Origin: Promethearchaeota archaeon
GTDB lineage: Archaea > Asgardarchaeota > Heimdallarchaeia > Hodarchaeales > Hodarchaeaceae
Direction of reading: 5' to 3'
Assembly: GCA_048938105.1 (NCBI GenBank)
Contig: JBHLMN010000002.1
Location: 256,001-320,000 of the forward strand
DNA length: 64,000 bases
A model generated the notes under the pieces. That model saw only the letters and a list, made by a program, of their open reading frames with translations, was not told the DNA's origin and did not search any database. Below are positions 50,808 to 60,697 of this stretch, piece after piece (within the stretch, counting starts at the first letter, position 1; each line of letters opens with the position of its first letter). Position numbers and translations under genes: made by a program.

Positions 50808-51977
50808 ATGAAAACATGGTTTGAAATCGTCCCTGAACTTAATCTCCACTTGAAAAGATTAACCCCAAATCAGGTTAACGACATTATTGAGTTTGCTAAA
50901 ACAAATCACTGGGAGACAAAGGATTTTCACCAGATTTCGCAAGAACTTGAAGAATTCATCCACACTCGTCCAGTTAATGAACCCCAATATTCCGAATTAT
51001 TATATCTTCAAGCTAAAATCCTTTTCTTAGCGGGAAATTTAGTAAAGCTAAACAATCTTTTCACATTAACGACTGCTACGCAAAATGTTCCTGGTGTTCA
51101 ATTATTTTATGCCCTAGGATTAGCCTTTCAAGCCCATTCAAAGGAAGGCTTGGAAATCTTGGAACACATTGACTTGAATTTATATGAGAATGATCTAGTC
51201 GTGAAGTTGGAGATACAGAGTGCAACTCTCTTTATTTATTCAATTAAACGTGATTATTTGACTGTTTCCAATTATTTTAACGAAATATATAATTCTATAG
51301 CTTCTACAAGCGGATTTTCTGATGAGACTAAAGCTCACTTATTACCTTGGGCATACTTACGTCAAGCTTACTCTCTCCGTGCACGAGGAAAGATTTTCGA
51401 AGCAATGGAACTGATTGATAGTTGTTATAATCATTTACAATCTTTTCCCCACAGATTTTTCCAAGTTATGGCATTTACACTAATGGGTCATTGTCATCAC
51501 AACTTAGGTAATATTAACAGAGCATTAGAATTCTATGATCAAGCTATTGATATCGCCGTTGAGATTCAGAGTTGGATTCTTCTATCAATCCTCTATAATC
51601 GGGTAGCTTTGGCAATGATGGCCCAAAAAAAACCTAACTTGGCCAGAAGGTATTTCAAAGAAGCAATAACGCAAGCTAGGCAGTCAGGTGCAAATTGGCT
51701 TGTAATCGGACCATTAGTAAACTTGGCTCAGTATAAACTTGCTGAAGGAAAAATAAATGAAGCAATAGATGATTATCATCAATTTATAGAAGTTGCTTCT
51801 GGAACTGGTGATGAGAGGGAGTTATGTTACGCACAATTAACGCTCGCAGAGCTTTATAAGGGGATTGGTGATATACCTAAGTCTAAATATTTCTTATCTG
51901 AAGGCTTTAAACTTGCATTGAAGTTGGGAATATTCCGGACAATCTCGCGTCCTGAAGATGAAGCGAATTATAATTAG
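50808..51977 (+). CDS. TPR protein
   Basis: MGHCHHNLGNINRALEFYDQAI and similar repeats. Confidence 0.8.
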   Translation: MKTWFEIVPELNLHLKRLTPNQVNDIIEFAKTNHWETKDFHQISQELEEFIHTRPVNEPQYSELLYLQAKILFLAGNLVKLNNLFTLTTATQNVPGVQLFYALGLAFQAHSKEGLEILEHIDLNLYENDLVVKLEIQSATLFIYSIKRDYLTVSNYFNEIYNSIASTSGFSDETKAHLLPWAYLRQAYSLRARGKIFEAMELIDSCYNHLQSFPHRFFQVMAFTLMGHCHHNLGNINRALEFYDQAIDIAVEIQSWILLSILYNRVALAMMAQKKPNLARRYFKEAITQARQSGANWLVIGPLVNLAQYKLAEGKINEAIDDYHQFIEVASGTGDERELCYAQLTLAELYKGIGDIPKSKYFLSEGFKLALKLGIFRTISRPEDEANYN

Positions 51978-52115
51978 GATTGAATGACTGAAATACTTCA
52001 GAAATAGTGGAAATAGTCAGAAATCGCATCAAAAATATCTTAATTAATTCCTTAGAAACATTCCTGAATAGTAGCTAGGGTTGAATCATCCGAATTAAAC
52101 TGAATTTTGGTTTGA

Positions 52116-52544
52116 ATGGAGCCAAAAACATTGACCTATGAATATTTTGAACATCAAGCTGACATAGGTATTCGAGGGAGAGGTAAAACCCTTGCGGAAG
52201 CTTTTGAGCAGGCTGCTTTAGCAATGTTTGAGATTATGGTGGAAACAAAAGATCTTCAAGTTACCGAACCTAAATTAGTTGAAATTGAAGGGAGTGATCT
52301 TAATGATTTGCTAATTGCATGGTTAAGTGAATTACTCTTTCTCAAAGATGTAGAAGGAAAAATGTTTTCACGCTTTGAAATTAACAGTATGTCAGAGAAT
52401 AGAATTATTGCTCAAATCTATGGTGAAACAATCGATCCATCTCGACATAAGTTAAAGCTTGAAGTGAAAGCTGCTACATATACCCAGCTAAAGATAGAAA
52501 AGAATAACGAAAATTGGATTGCACAATGTTTGGTGGATGTTTAA
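52116..52544 (+). CDS. Archease
   Basis: EHQADIG, AFEQAA, WLSELL, EVKAATY, C-terminal DV. Confidence 0.95.
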   Translation: MEPKTLTYEYFEHQADIGIRGRGKTLAEAFEQAALAMFEIMVETKDLQVTEPKLVEIEGSDLNDLLIAWLSELLFLKDVEGKMFSRFEINSMSENRIIAQIYGETIDPSRHKLKLEVKAATYTQLKIEKNNENWIAQCLVDV

Positions 52545-52545
52545 T

Positions 52546-53979
52546 ATGCCAGATCTCTTCATAAAAGTACCCAATAGAACTAATCTGTGGACAATTGAGA
52601 AACACAATAAAATGAATGTTCCCGCTTTCATTTATGGGGATCAAAAGATTATTGATGAACTCAAAGCTGATTATAGGCGCGAATGGAGTGCTACACGTCA
52701 AATAATAAACGTTGCCTCGCTTCCAGGCATTCAAAAAGGGATGCTGGCAATGAGTGATGTTCACCCAGGTTATGGTTTCCCTATTGGCGGAGTAGCAGCA
52801 TTTGATGTGAAGGAAGGAGTTGTAAGTATGGCTGGTGTAGGTTATGATATTAATTGTGGCGTTAGAACCATGATCACTGATCTGGTTAAAAGTGATTTAG
52901 ATCAGAAAAAAAAGATGATCCTATCAGAGCTTTTCCAAAACGTACCTGCAGGATTGGGAAAACCAGGGAAAATAAAATTAAGTGTGGCTCAAGTTGATGA
53001 TCTTCTAGTAGAAGGAGCTCCTTATGTAGTTAATATGGGATACGGAACAGAAGAAGATCTCGAATATTCGGAAGAGAGGGGCCGAATTAAAGGAGCCAAC
53101 CCAGAGAATGTTAGTGATAGAGCTAAGAAGCGCCAACACAACCAAATTGGTACTTTAGGCTCTGGAAACCATTATCTTGAGTTACAAATTGTTGATAAAA
53201 TCTTTAACGAAGAGGTAGCAAAGACCTTTGGATTATTTCAGGATCAGTTAGTTGTAACCCTACATTGTGGATCTCGTGGATTAGGACACCAAATTGGCAC
53301 TGATTATTCAAGAGAACTAGTTAGGGCCTCTCAAAAATATAATTTACCTTTACCTGATAAAGAACTTGGATCAGCTCCCATTACAAGTAGGGAAGGGGAA
53401 CGGTATATCTCTGCAGTAAATTGTGGAATAAATGCTGCTTTGGCAAATCGTCAAGTGATTGCTCATCTTGTACGGCAAGCTTTTCGGAAGGTTTTCAATA
53501 CAGATGTAAGACAGCTCTATGATATTGGTCATAATACATGTAAATTCGAAGTTCATGATGGTAAAGAAGTATTAGTCCATCGTAAGGGTTCTACACGAGC
53601 TTTTGGCCCTAACAACCCCGTTTTACCAAGTTCTTATCGTAAAGTTGGTCAACCTGTGCTTATAGGTGGGACAATGGGTACTTCTTCCTTTATCCTAACA
53701 GGTACTGAGCTTGGAATGAGTGAAACTTTTGGTAGTGCTTGTCATGGAGCGGGAAGAAGTATGTCCCGAAAAGCAGCAAAGAAAAAGTATTGGGGTAAGA
53801 CTGTTGTACAAGATCTAGCTGATAAAGGGATCATGGTTCGTGCTCATAGTTTTGCAGGTGTTGCTGAAGAAGCCCCAGGTGCTTACAAGGATGTTGTGCA
53901 AGTTGTAAATGCAATGCACGACGCTGGTGTTGTGAAGAAGGTTGTACAAGTTAAGCCAGTAGGAGTGGTCAAAGGATAA
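52546..53979 (+). CDS. rtcB: RNA-splicing ligase RtcB
   Basis: DVHPGYGFPIG, GYDINCG, GSGNHYLE, HCGSRG, HRKG, HGAGR, EEAPGAYK. Confidence 0.97.
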   Translation: MPDLFIKVPNRTNLWTIEKHNKMNVPAFIYGDQKIIDELKADYRREWSATRQIINVASLPGIQKGMLAMSDVHPGYGFPIGGVAAFDVKEGVVSMAGVGYDINCGVRTMITDLVKSDLDQKKKMILSELFQNVPAGLGKPGKIKLSVAQVDDLLVEGAPYVVNMGYGTEEDLEYSEERGRIKGANPENVSDRAKKRQHNQIGTLGSGNHYLELQIVDKIFNEEVAKTFGLFQDQLVVTLHCGSRGLGHQIGTDYSRELVRASQKYNLPLPDKELGSAPITSREGERYISAVNCGINAALANRQVIAHLVRQAFRKVFNTDVRQLYDIGHNTCKFEVHDGKEVLVHRKGSTRAFGPNNPVLPSSYRKVGQPVLIGGTMGTSSFILTGTELGMSETFGSACHGAGRSMSRKAAKKKYWGKTVVQDLADKGIMVRAHSFAGVAEEAPGAYKDVVQVVNAMHDAGVVKKVVQVKPVGVVKG

Positions 53980-53996
53980 TTCGAATCCATGCTAGC

Positions 53997-54659
53997 CTAT
54001 TCTAGTGAAGGGATCTCAACCTTACAACTTACACCTTTTTTAAATTCTTCAGCCATTGATTGATCCCCAACAATGGCTCCGAAGTGCATTGGAATAACCA
54101 GTTTTGGATTGAGAACTTTTGTAGCTTCAATAGCTTCAGGTGCAGTCATGACATAAGTACCACTAACAGGAATTAGAGCAACATCTGGTTTAATATCTTT
54201 CATTTCTGGGATATTGTCAGTGTCACCAGCATGATAAACTCGTTGACCATCCATTTCAAAGACCAATCCGATTTTCTTATCGTCTTTAGGGTGAAAGGGA
54301 ACTCCTGGTTCGCGAAACTTGTTGATATTGTAAGCAGGAACGAACTTAAACGCTATAGAGGAAATAGTTTCTTTATCCGAAGGACCGACATAATGAACAG
54401 CCTTGCAGTCGAGTTTCTCTAATGTTTCTCGAGCCATAGGGATACCTATAACCTCTGTCTTTTCTGAAGAAACAAATTTCTTTAAATCATCAAAGTTACA
54501 ATGATCAAAGTGTTCATGAGTACTTACAAGGACATCTACAGGCTCAAAAGTTCCTTTTACCTGAAAAGGGTCTATACAAACTGTTTTTCCAGAGCTACTT
54601 GTAATAATAAAGCCATCATGACCTAACCAACGAAAAGTAATTCCTTCAAATTCAATCAT
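53997..54659 (-). CDS. MBL-fold metal-dependent hydrolase (UPF0173-like)
   Basis: WLGH, IDPF, THEHFDH, YHAGDT, IPMHFG. Confidence 0.88.
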   Translation of the reverse strand: MIEFEGITFRWLGHDGFIITSSSGKTVCIDPFQVKGTFEPVDVLVSTHEHFDHCNFDDLKKFVSSEKTEVIGIPMARETLEKLDCKAVHYVGPSDKETISSIAFKFVPAYNINKFREPGVPFHPKDDKKIGLVFEMDGQRVYHAGDTDNIPEMKDIKPDVALIPVSGTYVMTAPEAIEATKVLNPKLVIPMHFGAIVGDQSMAEEFKKGVSCKVEIPSLE

Positions 54660-54767
54660 TTTTGAAATCACCAAAAAATCATTCATGTATAAATTTAAGA
54701 ATTTTTTTACATAATAATCTTTGATTGTAGGATTGATTTTGCTATTGAATAGAGAACTTGATTAAGC

Positions 54768-55589
54768 ATGTCTACTCAATTATTTCACGAGTATTTAAAG
54801 TCAGTAACGGATTTTTTGGAAAAAAACTATATTGACAAAGTAGTTTCACTTGTATTGTTTGGTTCATTAGTAAATGAAAAAAAGCAGTTTAAATTTGGCT
54901 CCACTGATGTAGATCTTCTAATTATTCTTAAGGACTCATGTCCAACCAGAGATTGTCAACGAATAAAACAAAGGTTGGCTGGTTTTGAAACAAAATATTT
55001 CTCATATCTTTGTGAGTCAGAATTATCATTCTTTAGTCTTGGTTTGCAGCGAGCAACTGGAATGTTTGTAAATTTCTTTCTTTGTCGTTTTTCAGATTTT
55101 AAAAACAGAAATATCAAAGTCTTTAATGTGAATCCCTTGATGGGACGTCTCTTAGCTCCCCAAGATTCATTGTGGTTGTCATTACTAAGACATCATCGGA
55201 TTATATGGGGAAAAAATGTGTTTCAGGAATGGAAAACGTTACCAACCTTAAAAACTAGTGATTTGATTAGATCTTTTCTTATGAATTGGATACTTGCAAC
55301 AGGAGCTCTTTTTTTATATCCTTTTTTCCCCCCACAATTTGCCAAATTCTCAATGGAAGCGATGAAATGGAGCCTTTTCACTTGGCGGAATTTCTATCAT
55401 CAGGCGACAGGGTCTCTTCTCCGAATTATTACTAAATTTGTTAAAAAGGCCTCAACTACTGAATTGCGAGCTCTCCGATGTTTTATCAATTATAGAGAAG
55501 ATCATACATATAATAGCCGATTTCCCTATTTAGCATGGCTATTTGTGTTTCAACTTCATCGTTCCCTCTTTCGCCATTACTACGGCTGA
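54768..55589 (+). CDS. Pol-beta-superfamily nucleotidyltransferase domain protein
   Basis: LFGS...TDVDLLII with a helical C-terminal half. Confidence 0.7.
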   Translation: MSTQLFHEYLKSVTDFLEKNYIDKVVSLVLFGSLVNEKKQFKFGSTDVDLLIILKDSCPTRDCQRIKQRLAGFETKYFSYLCESELSFFSLGLQRATGMFVNFFLCRFSDFKNRNIKVFNVNPLMGRLLAPQDSLWLSLLRHHRIIWGKNVFQEWKTLPTLKTSDLIRSFLMNWILATGALFLYPFFPPQFAKFSMEAMKWSLFTWRNFYHQATGSLLRIITKFVKKASTTELRALRCFINYREDHTYNSRFPYLAWLFVFQLHRSLFRHYYG

Positions 55590-56905
55590 AAAATCTCTGG
55601 AGTTCTAGGGAACATACAAGTTTCTCGAATGTGAGATAAATTGGCTATCCATCTAATCAATCGTTCCAATCCGAGGCCAAAGCCTGCATGGGGAGGCATA
55701 CCATATTTAAACATACGAAGATACCATTGGAAATCATTCAAATCGAATCCTTGTTGAGTTATCCGCTCTTTCAAGATCTTATAATCTGAGACACGTTGTC
55801 CTCCACTTGAAAGCTCCCCAAAACCTTCTGGAGCCATTAGATCTAAAGAACGAGTGATACGTGGGTTAAAATCGTCAACAGCATAATAAATTCCTCGTAG
55901 ATGTGTCGGAAATTCAGTAAGGAAAAAAGGTTCATGAAAAGCTTTTGATAAGGCTGTTTCCTCGGGAGTGCCAAAATCTTCAAGGGGGTCTGCTTCAACA
56001 CCAAGCTCTTGTACCTTTAATTTTGCTTCATTAAAAGTTAAGCGTTTAAACGGTTTCGAGGGAACAGCAAAGGTTCTGTTCAGCAATTCTAATTGGTTTT
56101 TTCCCTCTTCAAGAACTTCTTTTATTATATAGATTAAGAGGTCTTCCTGAACCTCCATTATCTCTTTTTCTGTGGCAAACGCGATTTCATTCTCAATCTG
56201 CCAAAATTCAGTGATGTGCTTAGGTGTATGGGATTTCTCTGCACGCCAAGAAGGAATAATGCCAAAAACTTTTTCATGACAAGCCAAGGCAGCTTGTTTA
56301 TAGAATTGGCAGCTTTGGGCTAGTACCGCAGGGTGATCAAAGTAATCTAATCTGAATTGCTCTGCTCCACCCTCTGTTGATGTTGTCAGTATTAAAGGGG
56401 TAAAGATTTCTACAAATCCTTTTTCAACAAAAAACTTCCTTGTTGCATTGGCAATGATGTTTTTTATCTCAAATACAGCAACGACTTCCGGATCTCTGAT
56501 TGAAAGCTCTCGGTATCTGAATACAGTATCAATATCCATCTGAGTCTTCATTTTTGTTAGGTCTATAGGGAATTTTGGGGCTGCCTGAGAATGAATACAA
56601 ATCGTTGATGGAATTAGTTCCGCTCCTAATTTTGATCGTGGATCAGCTTTAACTGATCCTTTAATTGAAACAACTGATTCAAGAGATAGCTCTTTGCAAG
56701 TTTGCCAAACCTCTGGATTAACTTTTTTCTCGTGAAGGGTGACTTGGCATATTCCTTGCTGATCACGAATAGTTAAAAAAATCAAGCGACCTTTATCGCG
56801 AATTTGTTGAACCCAACCTCCTATTAGTACTTCTAATCCATTATTATTGCTATTAACATCACGACATCCATGTGTTCGCATTTTTGGATTGATAGCATAG
56901 ATCAT
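55580..56905 (-). CDS. aspS: Class IIb aminoacyl-tRNA synthetase, most likely aspartyl-tRNA synthetase
   Basis: OB-fold GWV..IRD, TEGGAE, LAQSCQFYKQ, RAE, SSGGQR, YGMPPHAGFGLGLER. Confidence 0.75.
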   Translation of the reverse strand: MIYAINPKMRTHGCRDVNSNNNGLEVLIGGWVQQIRDKGRLIFLTIRDQQGICQVTLHEKKVNPEVWQTCKELSLESVVSIKGSVKADPRSKLGAELIPSTICIHSQAAPKFPIDLTKMKTQMDIDTVFRYRELSIRDPEVVAVFEIKNIIANATRKFFVEKGFVEIFTPLILTTSTEGGAEQFRLDYFDHPAVLAQSCQFYKQAALACHEKVFGIIPSWRAEKSHTPKHITEFWQIENEIAFATEKEIMEVQEDLLIYIIKEVLEEGKNQLELLNRTFAVPSKPFKRLTFNEAKLKVQELGVEADPLEDFGTPEETALSKAFHEPFFLTEFPTHLRGIYYAVDDFNPRITRSLDLMAPEGFGELSSGGQRVSDYKILKERITQQGFDLNDFQWYLRMFKYGMPPHAGFGLGLERLIRWIANLSHIRETCMFPRTPEIFQP

Positions 56906-57246
56906 TATAGAACTCCTCGTCGTTTTAATTGATAAAGTATTTCCCTATTAATAACGTGGCTTATATCTTCAGACTCATTGATTGTCATAGAATGATTGAA
57001 ACTATCCTTTTTGAGTTTGTTAATCTTATTAATGAAGTAAAGCCCATTAAATTCCATTTTACAAGAATTTTAGAAGTTAAACTATATAAATTCCAAAAGC
57101 AGAGGTAGAATAGACATAAAAATAGGATTCTCAAGCTTAATTATTAATATATTATAAAATTAGTTCGTAGAAGAGTATTTGGCTATAAAAATATACTCTT
57201 CGATCAAAGAAAAAGAGGAAATGAGAGGTTGGGGTTCATTTCTACT

Positions 57247-59520
57247 CTATGAACCACCACCGAATATTTGATCAAATCCGACTTCGTCCATACTATCGAA
57301 AAAAGCGTTAACTAGCGCTGAGTTTGTATCTTGTTCTTCATCATCCGTTAGTGTCTTTATAAGTTCAATAGTTTCTTTTACACCAAGGGCAAGCCCTGCA
57401 ATGGATTTTTCTGGTGCATCAATATCAGAGTTAGGAACTGGGTATGGATTGACCAAGGTATTCTTCCAATCAGTTGTTATGTCTGCTGAGATTACCGTGG
57501 TATTATCAACTTCAATATACCCATAGGTAGCATTGTTTATTGCAAAATCCATCAAGGTGAGAGATCTGTCAATTTTTGGATTTATACTGAAATTATTGAA
57601 AAAAGCGTTACCATCACCACCCACAGCTTCTCTGAGATCGTTGAATGTATTATTGAACAATCTCATTCCTTCGGTGAAAGAATAAGCAGAAGCAAGTGTA
57701 TAATCTAATCCTTCAATCAAATTCTCTATCTCTGTGACGTTTGTATAAAATGTTTCAAGCATGTTGCTGAAGTCTATTAGCATTGGTTTAAGCGCATTGT
57801 TAATAATATCTCCATAGTCCTTTTGTACGAATTTATCGCTTTTATCTCTCGCCGTACCAATATTATTCTTAGCAGATGCAAAGGTAATACGTGTTTCACT
57901 CACATTCGCTGAGATATCCTCTAATTCATTGCTAATATCGTCGAGATTCCCACCAGCAAAATCAATATCATTAATTGCGATGACAGCATCTTCAATCTCC
58001 ATATAACACTCAGTTCCATTGGTTGCTGCTCTAGCAAAGTATGCGAGAAGTTCAGTCATATCTTTGATGATTTCTACTGTCCCATAAAAGGGTAATATTG
58101 AACCATTCTTAAGACCTTCAGTATCAATATCTTGAAGAGTATCATTGGCCTCTGCTAAATCGATAGCAGCATCCCCCATCCAATCATGGGCTTCTGCAAA
58201 ATCTGAATCACCTAAATCTTCTACTGCGAGAGTCGTTTTATATGTAGCATTTAAAAAGTCGAGAGCTCCTGAAGCAACTTCAAGGATAATACCATATCCA
58301 ACTTCAGCTTCCCCTACAACTGATACAAATTCAGCGAGCTCTCCTTCCTCATCGACTATTATGTCTTCCATAATGTCGGTTGCATGTTCTAATGCGTCAA
58401 TTACTCCATCTTTGGATTCACTGAAATTACCAATTGCATTAGAAATCTTTTTTAAGCCATCGTTAAAATCAGGGTCATAAATTGCTTCTAATCGATTGAT
58501 AGATCCGCCAACACCACCACCTAAATCACTAGCTCCTAGAATTGTAAAGGTTTGGTCAAAACCTTCAACTAAATTATAATATCCAACCAATAACGATGGG
58601 ATCTCATCCGAAAGGGTAGCTAAGATCCTTGAAATTTCAAGAATTGATGGTAGCTCCTGTAAATTGATACCTTGAAAATCCTCAGGTAAGAATGGCGTTA
58701 GGATCACTACATAGAAGTTCCCTTGAACCTGATCAAACGCTATAGCAGATTCATGGAACCATTGAGCAGCTCGCTTTGCAGCTTCAGATAGCTCTTCAAT
58801 TTCTTCTGGATCAGTTATATTAATACCATTCTGGACACCAGATCCTCCTCCTTCATTGGTGATTTCTATTCCAAAAGCACTTGCAAATTCCGCACCACCC
58901 GCTGCTAATGCGATACCACCATTAGCAAAGCTGAAAAGTCCGTGATAAAATAGGGGGACGGTAACCAAAATTAAAATTACAAAGAAAGCGGCTATTGGTT
59001 TAATTATAAGGGAGAAAATAGATAATTCTCCTTGTTTTGTCCAGAATCCCGTTGCTAGAGTAGAGAGGAAAAATCCAAGGAATAAAGCTAGAAATTCAAC
59101 AATGAATAAATCTAAAATGATCATGATGATGAGAATCATATCTGCCTCAATCGGTATTTCACCAAGAATTCCGCTCTCAAAGATAGCAAACATGGGAGTC
59201 GTTATACCTGTCGCCAATCCATAGGGATTGATGATAAATCCCAGAGTTATCATATCAAGGATAAATAAAACTACCCAAGAAATTGGTGCAGCAAAGATAC
59301 TAAGTAAACCCAATAGTTTTGAGCGGGATAAGATTCCAGTGAGACAAAAAGCGATTGGAATCAATAAAAGCTCTAATTGGAGTAGTAAAGCATTCTGCCT
59401 TGCGCCCAAAATTCCAAATACAATAGCAATTAAAATTGGGGCAATAACAGCCGCCAGAAAGCTCTGCCATAAAGGAAGGGCTTTTATTGTACGTAGATCA
59501 TCTGTTTCAGCTTCAAACAT
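57247..59520 (-). CDS. Multi-TM membrane protein with a large acidic helical, probably extracellular, domain
   Basis: About five N-terminal hydrophobic helices, then about 540 aa of D/E-rich amphipathic sequence with many NxS/T sequons. Confidence 0.75.
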   Translation of the reverse strand: MFEAETDDLRTIKALPLWQSFLAAVIAPILIAIVFGILGARQNALLLQLELLLIPIAFCLTGILSRSKLLGLLSIFAAPISWVVLFILDMITLGFIINPYGLATGITTPMFAIFESGILGEIPIEADMILIIMIILDLFIVEFLALFLGFFLSTLATGFWTKQGELSIFSLIIKPIAAFFVILILVTVPLFYHGLFSFANGGIALAAGGAEFASAFGIEITNEGGGSGVQNGINITDPEEIEELSEAAKRAAQWFHESAIAFDQVQGNFYVVILTPFLPEDFQGINLQELPSILEISRILATLSDEIPSLLVGYYNLVEGFDQTFTILGASDLGGGVGGSINRLEAIYDPDFNDGLKKISNAIGNFSESKDGVIDALEHATDIMEDIIVDEEGELAEFVSVVGEAEVGYGIILEVASGALDFLNATYKTTLAVEDLGDSDFAEAHDWMGDAAIDLAEANDTLQDIDTEGLKNGSILPFYGTVEIIKDMTELLAYFARAATNGTECYMEIEDAVIAINDIDFAGGNLDDISNELEDISANVSETRITFASAKNNIGTARDKSDKFVQKDYGDIINNALKPMLIDFSNMLETFYTNVTEIENLIEGLDYTLASAYSFTEGMRLFNNTFNDLREAVGGDGNAFFNNFSINPKIDRSLTLMDFAINNATYGYIEVDNTTVISADITTDWKNTLVNPYPVPNSDIDAPEKSIAGLALGVKETIELIKTLTDDEEQDTNSALVNAFFDSMDEVGFDQIFGGGS

Positions 59521-59594
59521 AATTCATCACTTTTTCTGTTGTATAGTAAGGTTAGTAGTCAATCTTCTTATTAAGATTAACTGTATGAAAAGGA

Positions 59595-60491
59595 TCAGAA
59601 AATGGAGATAATCAGACTTATACAACAGGTGACAAGAAAGGCTGAACTCATATTTACAAAATCATTATTAATCAGCTGGCTCCCTCGACATAGCTTTGTT
59701 TTATTCCCACACCGTTTATGGGGATTTGTTTCCGTTTCTTTTTTACAATGATTACAATAGTATATTCCTTGAATCGTCGCTCCCTCAATCGAATCTATTA
59801 TGGATCCTGAAAAACCACCAATAATAATTAGAAAGAGAATTAATATTACTCGTCCATTAACGCTAGATGTTGGAGAAGAAAATACAATAGCTACCAAATA
59901 TACGCACGCTATTAATACACCTCCAAATATGGATGCAACACAACCATTGATTGTTATCCCCCCACTAGTGCCTGGATCCACGATTTGACGTAAATTTGTG
60001 ACTAATCGTGGAGGTTCTTTTGAAAGAATGCCAATTTCTGTTGCCCAGGTGTCAGCAGTATGAACTGCAAAAGCAACGAATACCCCAATAAATAAGGGAC
60101 TGATAGGATTGTGTAAAATAGTGTCAGATTCAACTGTGTTGGGGATAAGTTCAAATAAAACATAACCAAGAGCGAAAAGAAACGGTATTAGACCATTAGC
60201 AATCACTTGCATAGCGTCTCGTTTTGCGGATCCTTTTGCAAAATCTATAGTCGTATTGAACTTTTCTTTTACTTTCATTTTTGATAACATTGATGAACTA
60301 AAGAAGAACACACAGAGTACAACCCAAAAGAAAGGATAAATCACGAATAAAGAAATCCCTAGAATCGCAGCAATAGATATTCCAAATGGAATTGTGAGAT
60401 ACTGCTTTTTCAAGATCACGAAAAAAATTGGTAGATTGAATATAACCGAGAGAGGAACCATTAAAAGAAGATATGATATGATTGAATGCAA
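59595..60491 (-). CDS. DUF92/TMEM19 membrane protein
   Basis: RDAMQVIANG, ADTWATEIG, PGTSGGIT, DSIEGATIQ, NNDFVN. Confidence 0.9.
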   Translation of the reverse strand: MHSIISYLLLMVPLSVIFNLPIFFVILKKQYLTIPFGISIAAILGISLFVIYPFFWVVLCVFFFSSSMLSKMKVKEKFNTTIDFAKGSAKRDAMQVIANGLIPFLFALGYVLFELIPNTVESDTILHNPISPLFIGVFVAFAVHTADTWATEIGILSKEPPRLVTNLRQIVDPGTSGGITINGCVASIFGGVLIACVYLVAIVFSSPTSSVNGRVILILFLIIIGGFSGSIIDSIEGATIQGIYYCNHCKKETETNPHKRCGNKTKLCRGSQLINNDFVNMSSAFLVTCCISLIISIF

Positions 60492-60697
60492 TTATGATCC
60501 TCATTGTGGATGTCTTTGATCTAAAAAGGATTTTATTGTGATATTTAAATATCCCAATGCATTTACTAACTGAAGAGTAAATAGGTGTTTTTAATTCTTT
60601 TCTAAGAAACAAGAATTTTTTGCAACAAGAGACACATATATCCATTTCACTTGAAAATTAATTATCAACTCAATTAAAGAGTTATTTCATAAACACC

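Noticed and set aside
52116-53979. archease-rtcB pair as a novel system
   Set aside because: This is a well-known conserved archaeal tRNA ligation pair.
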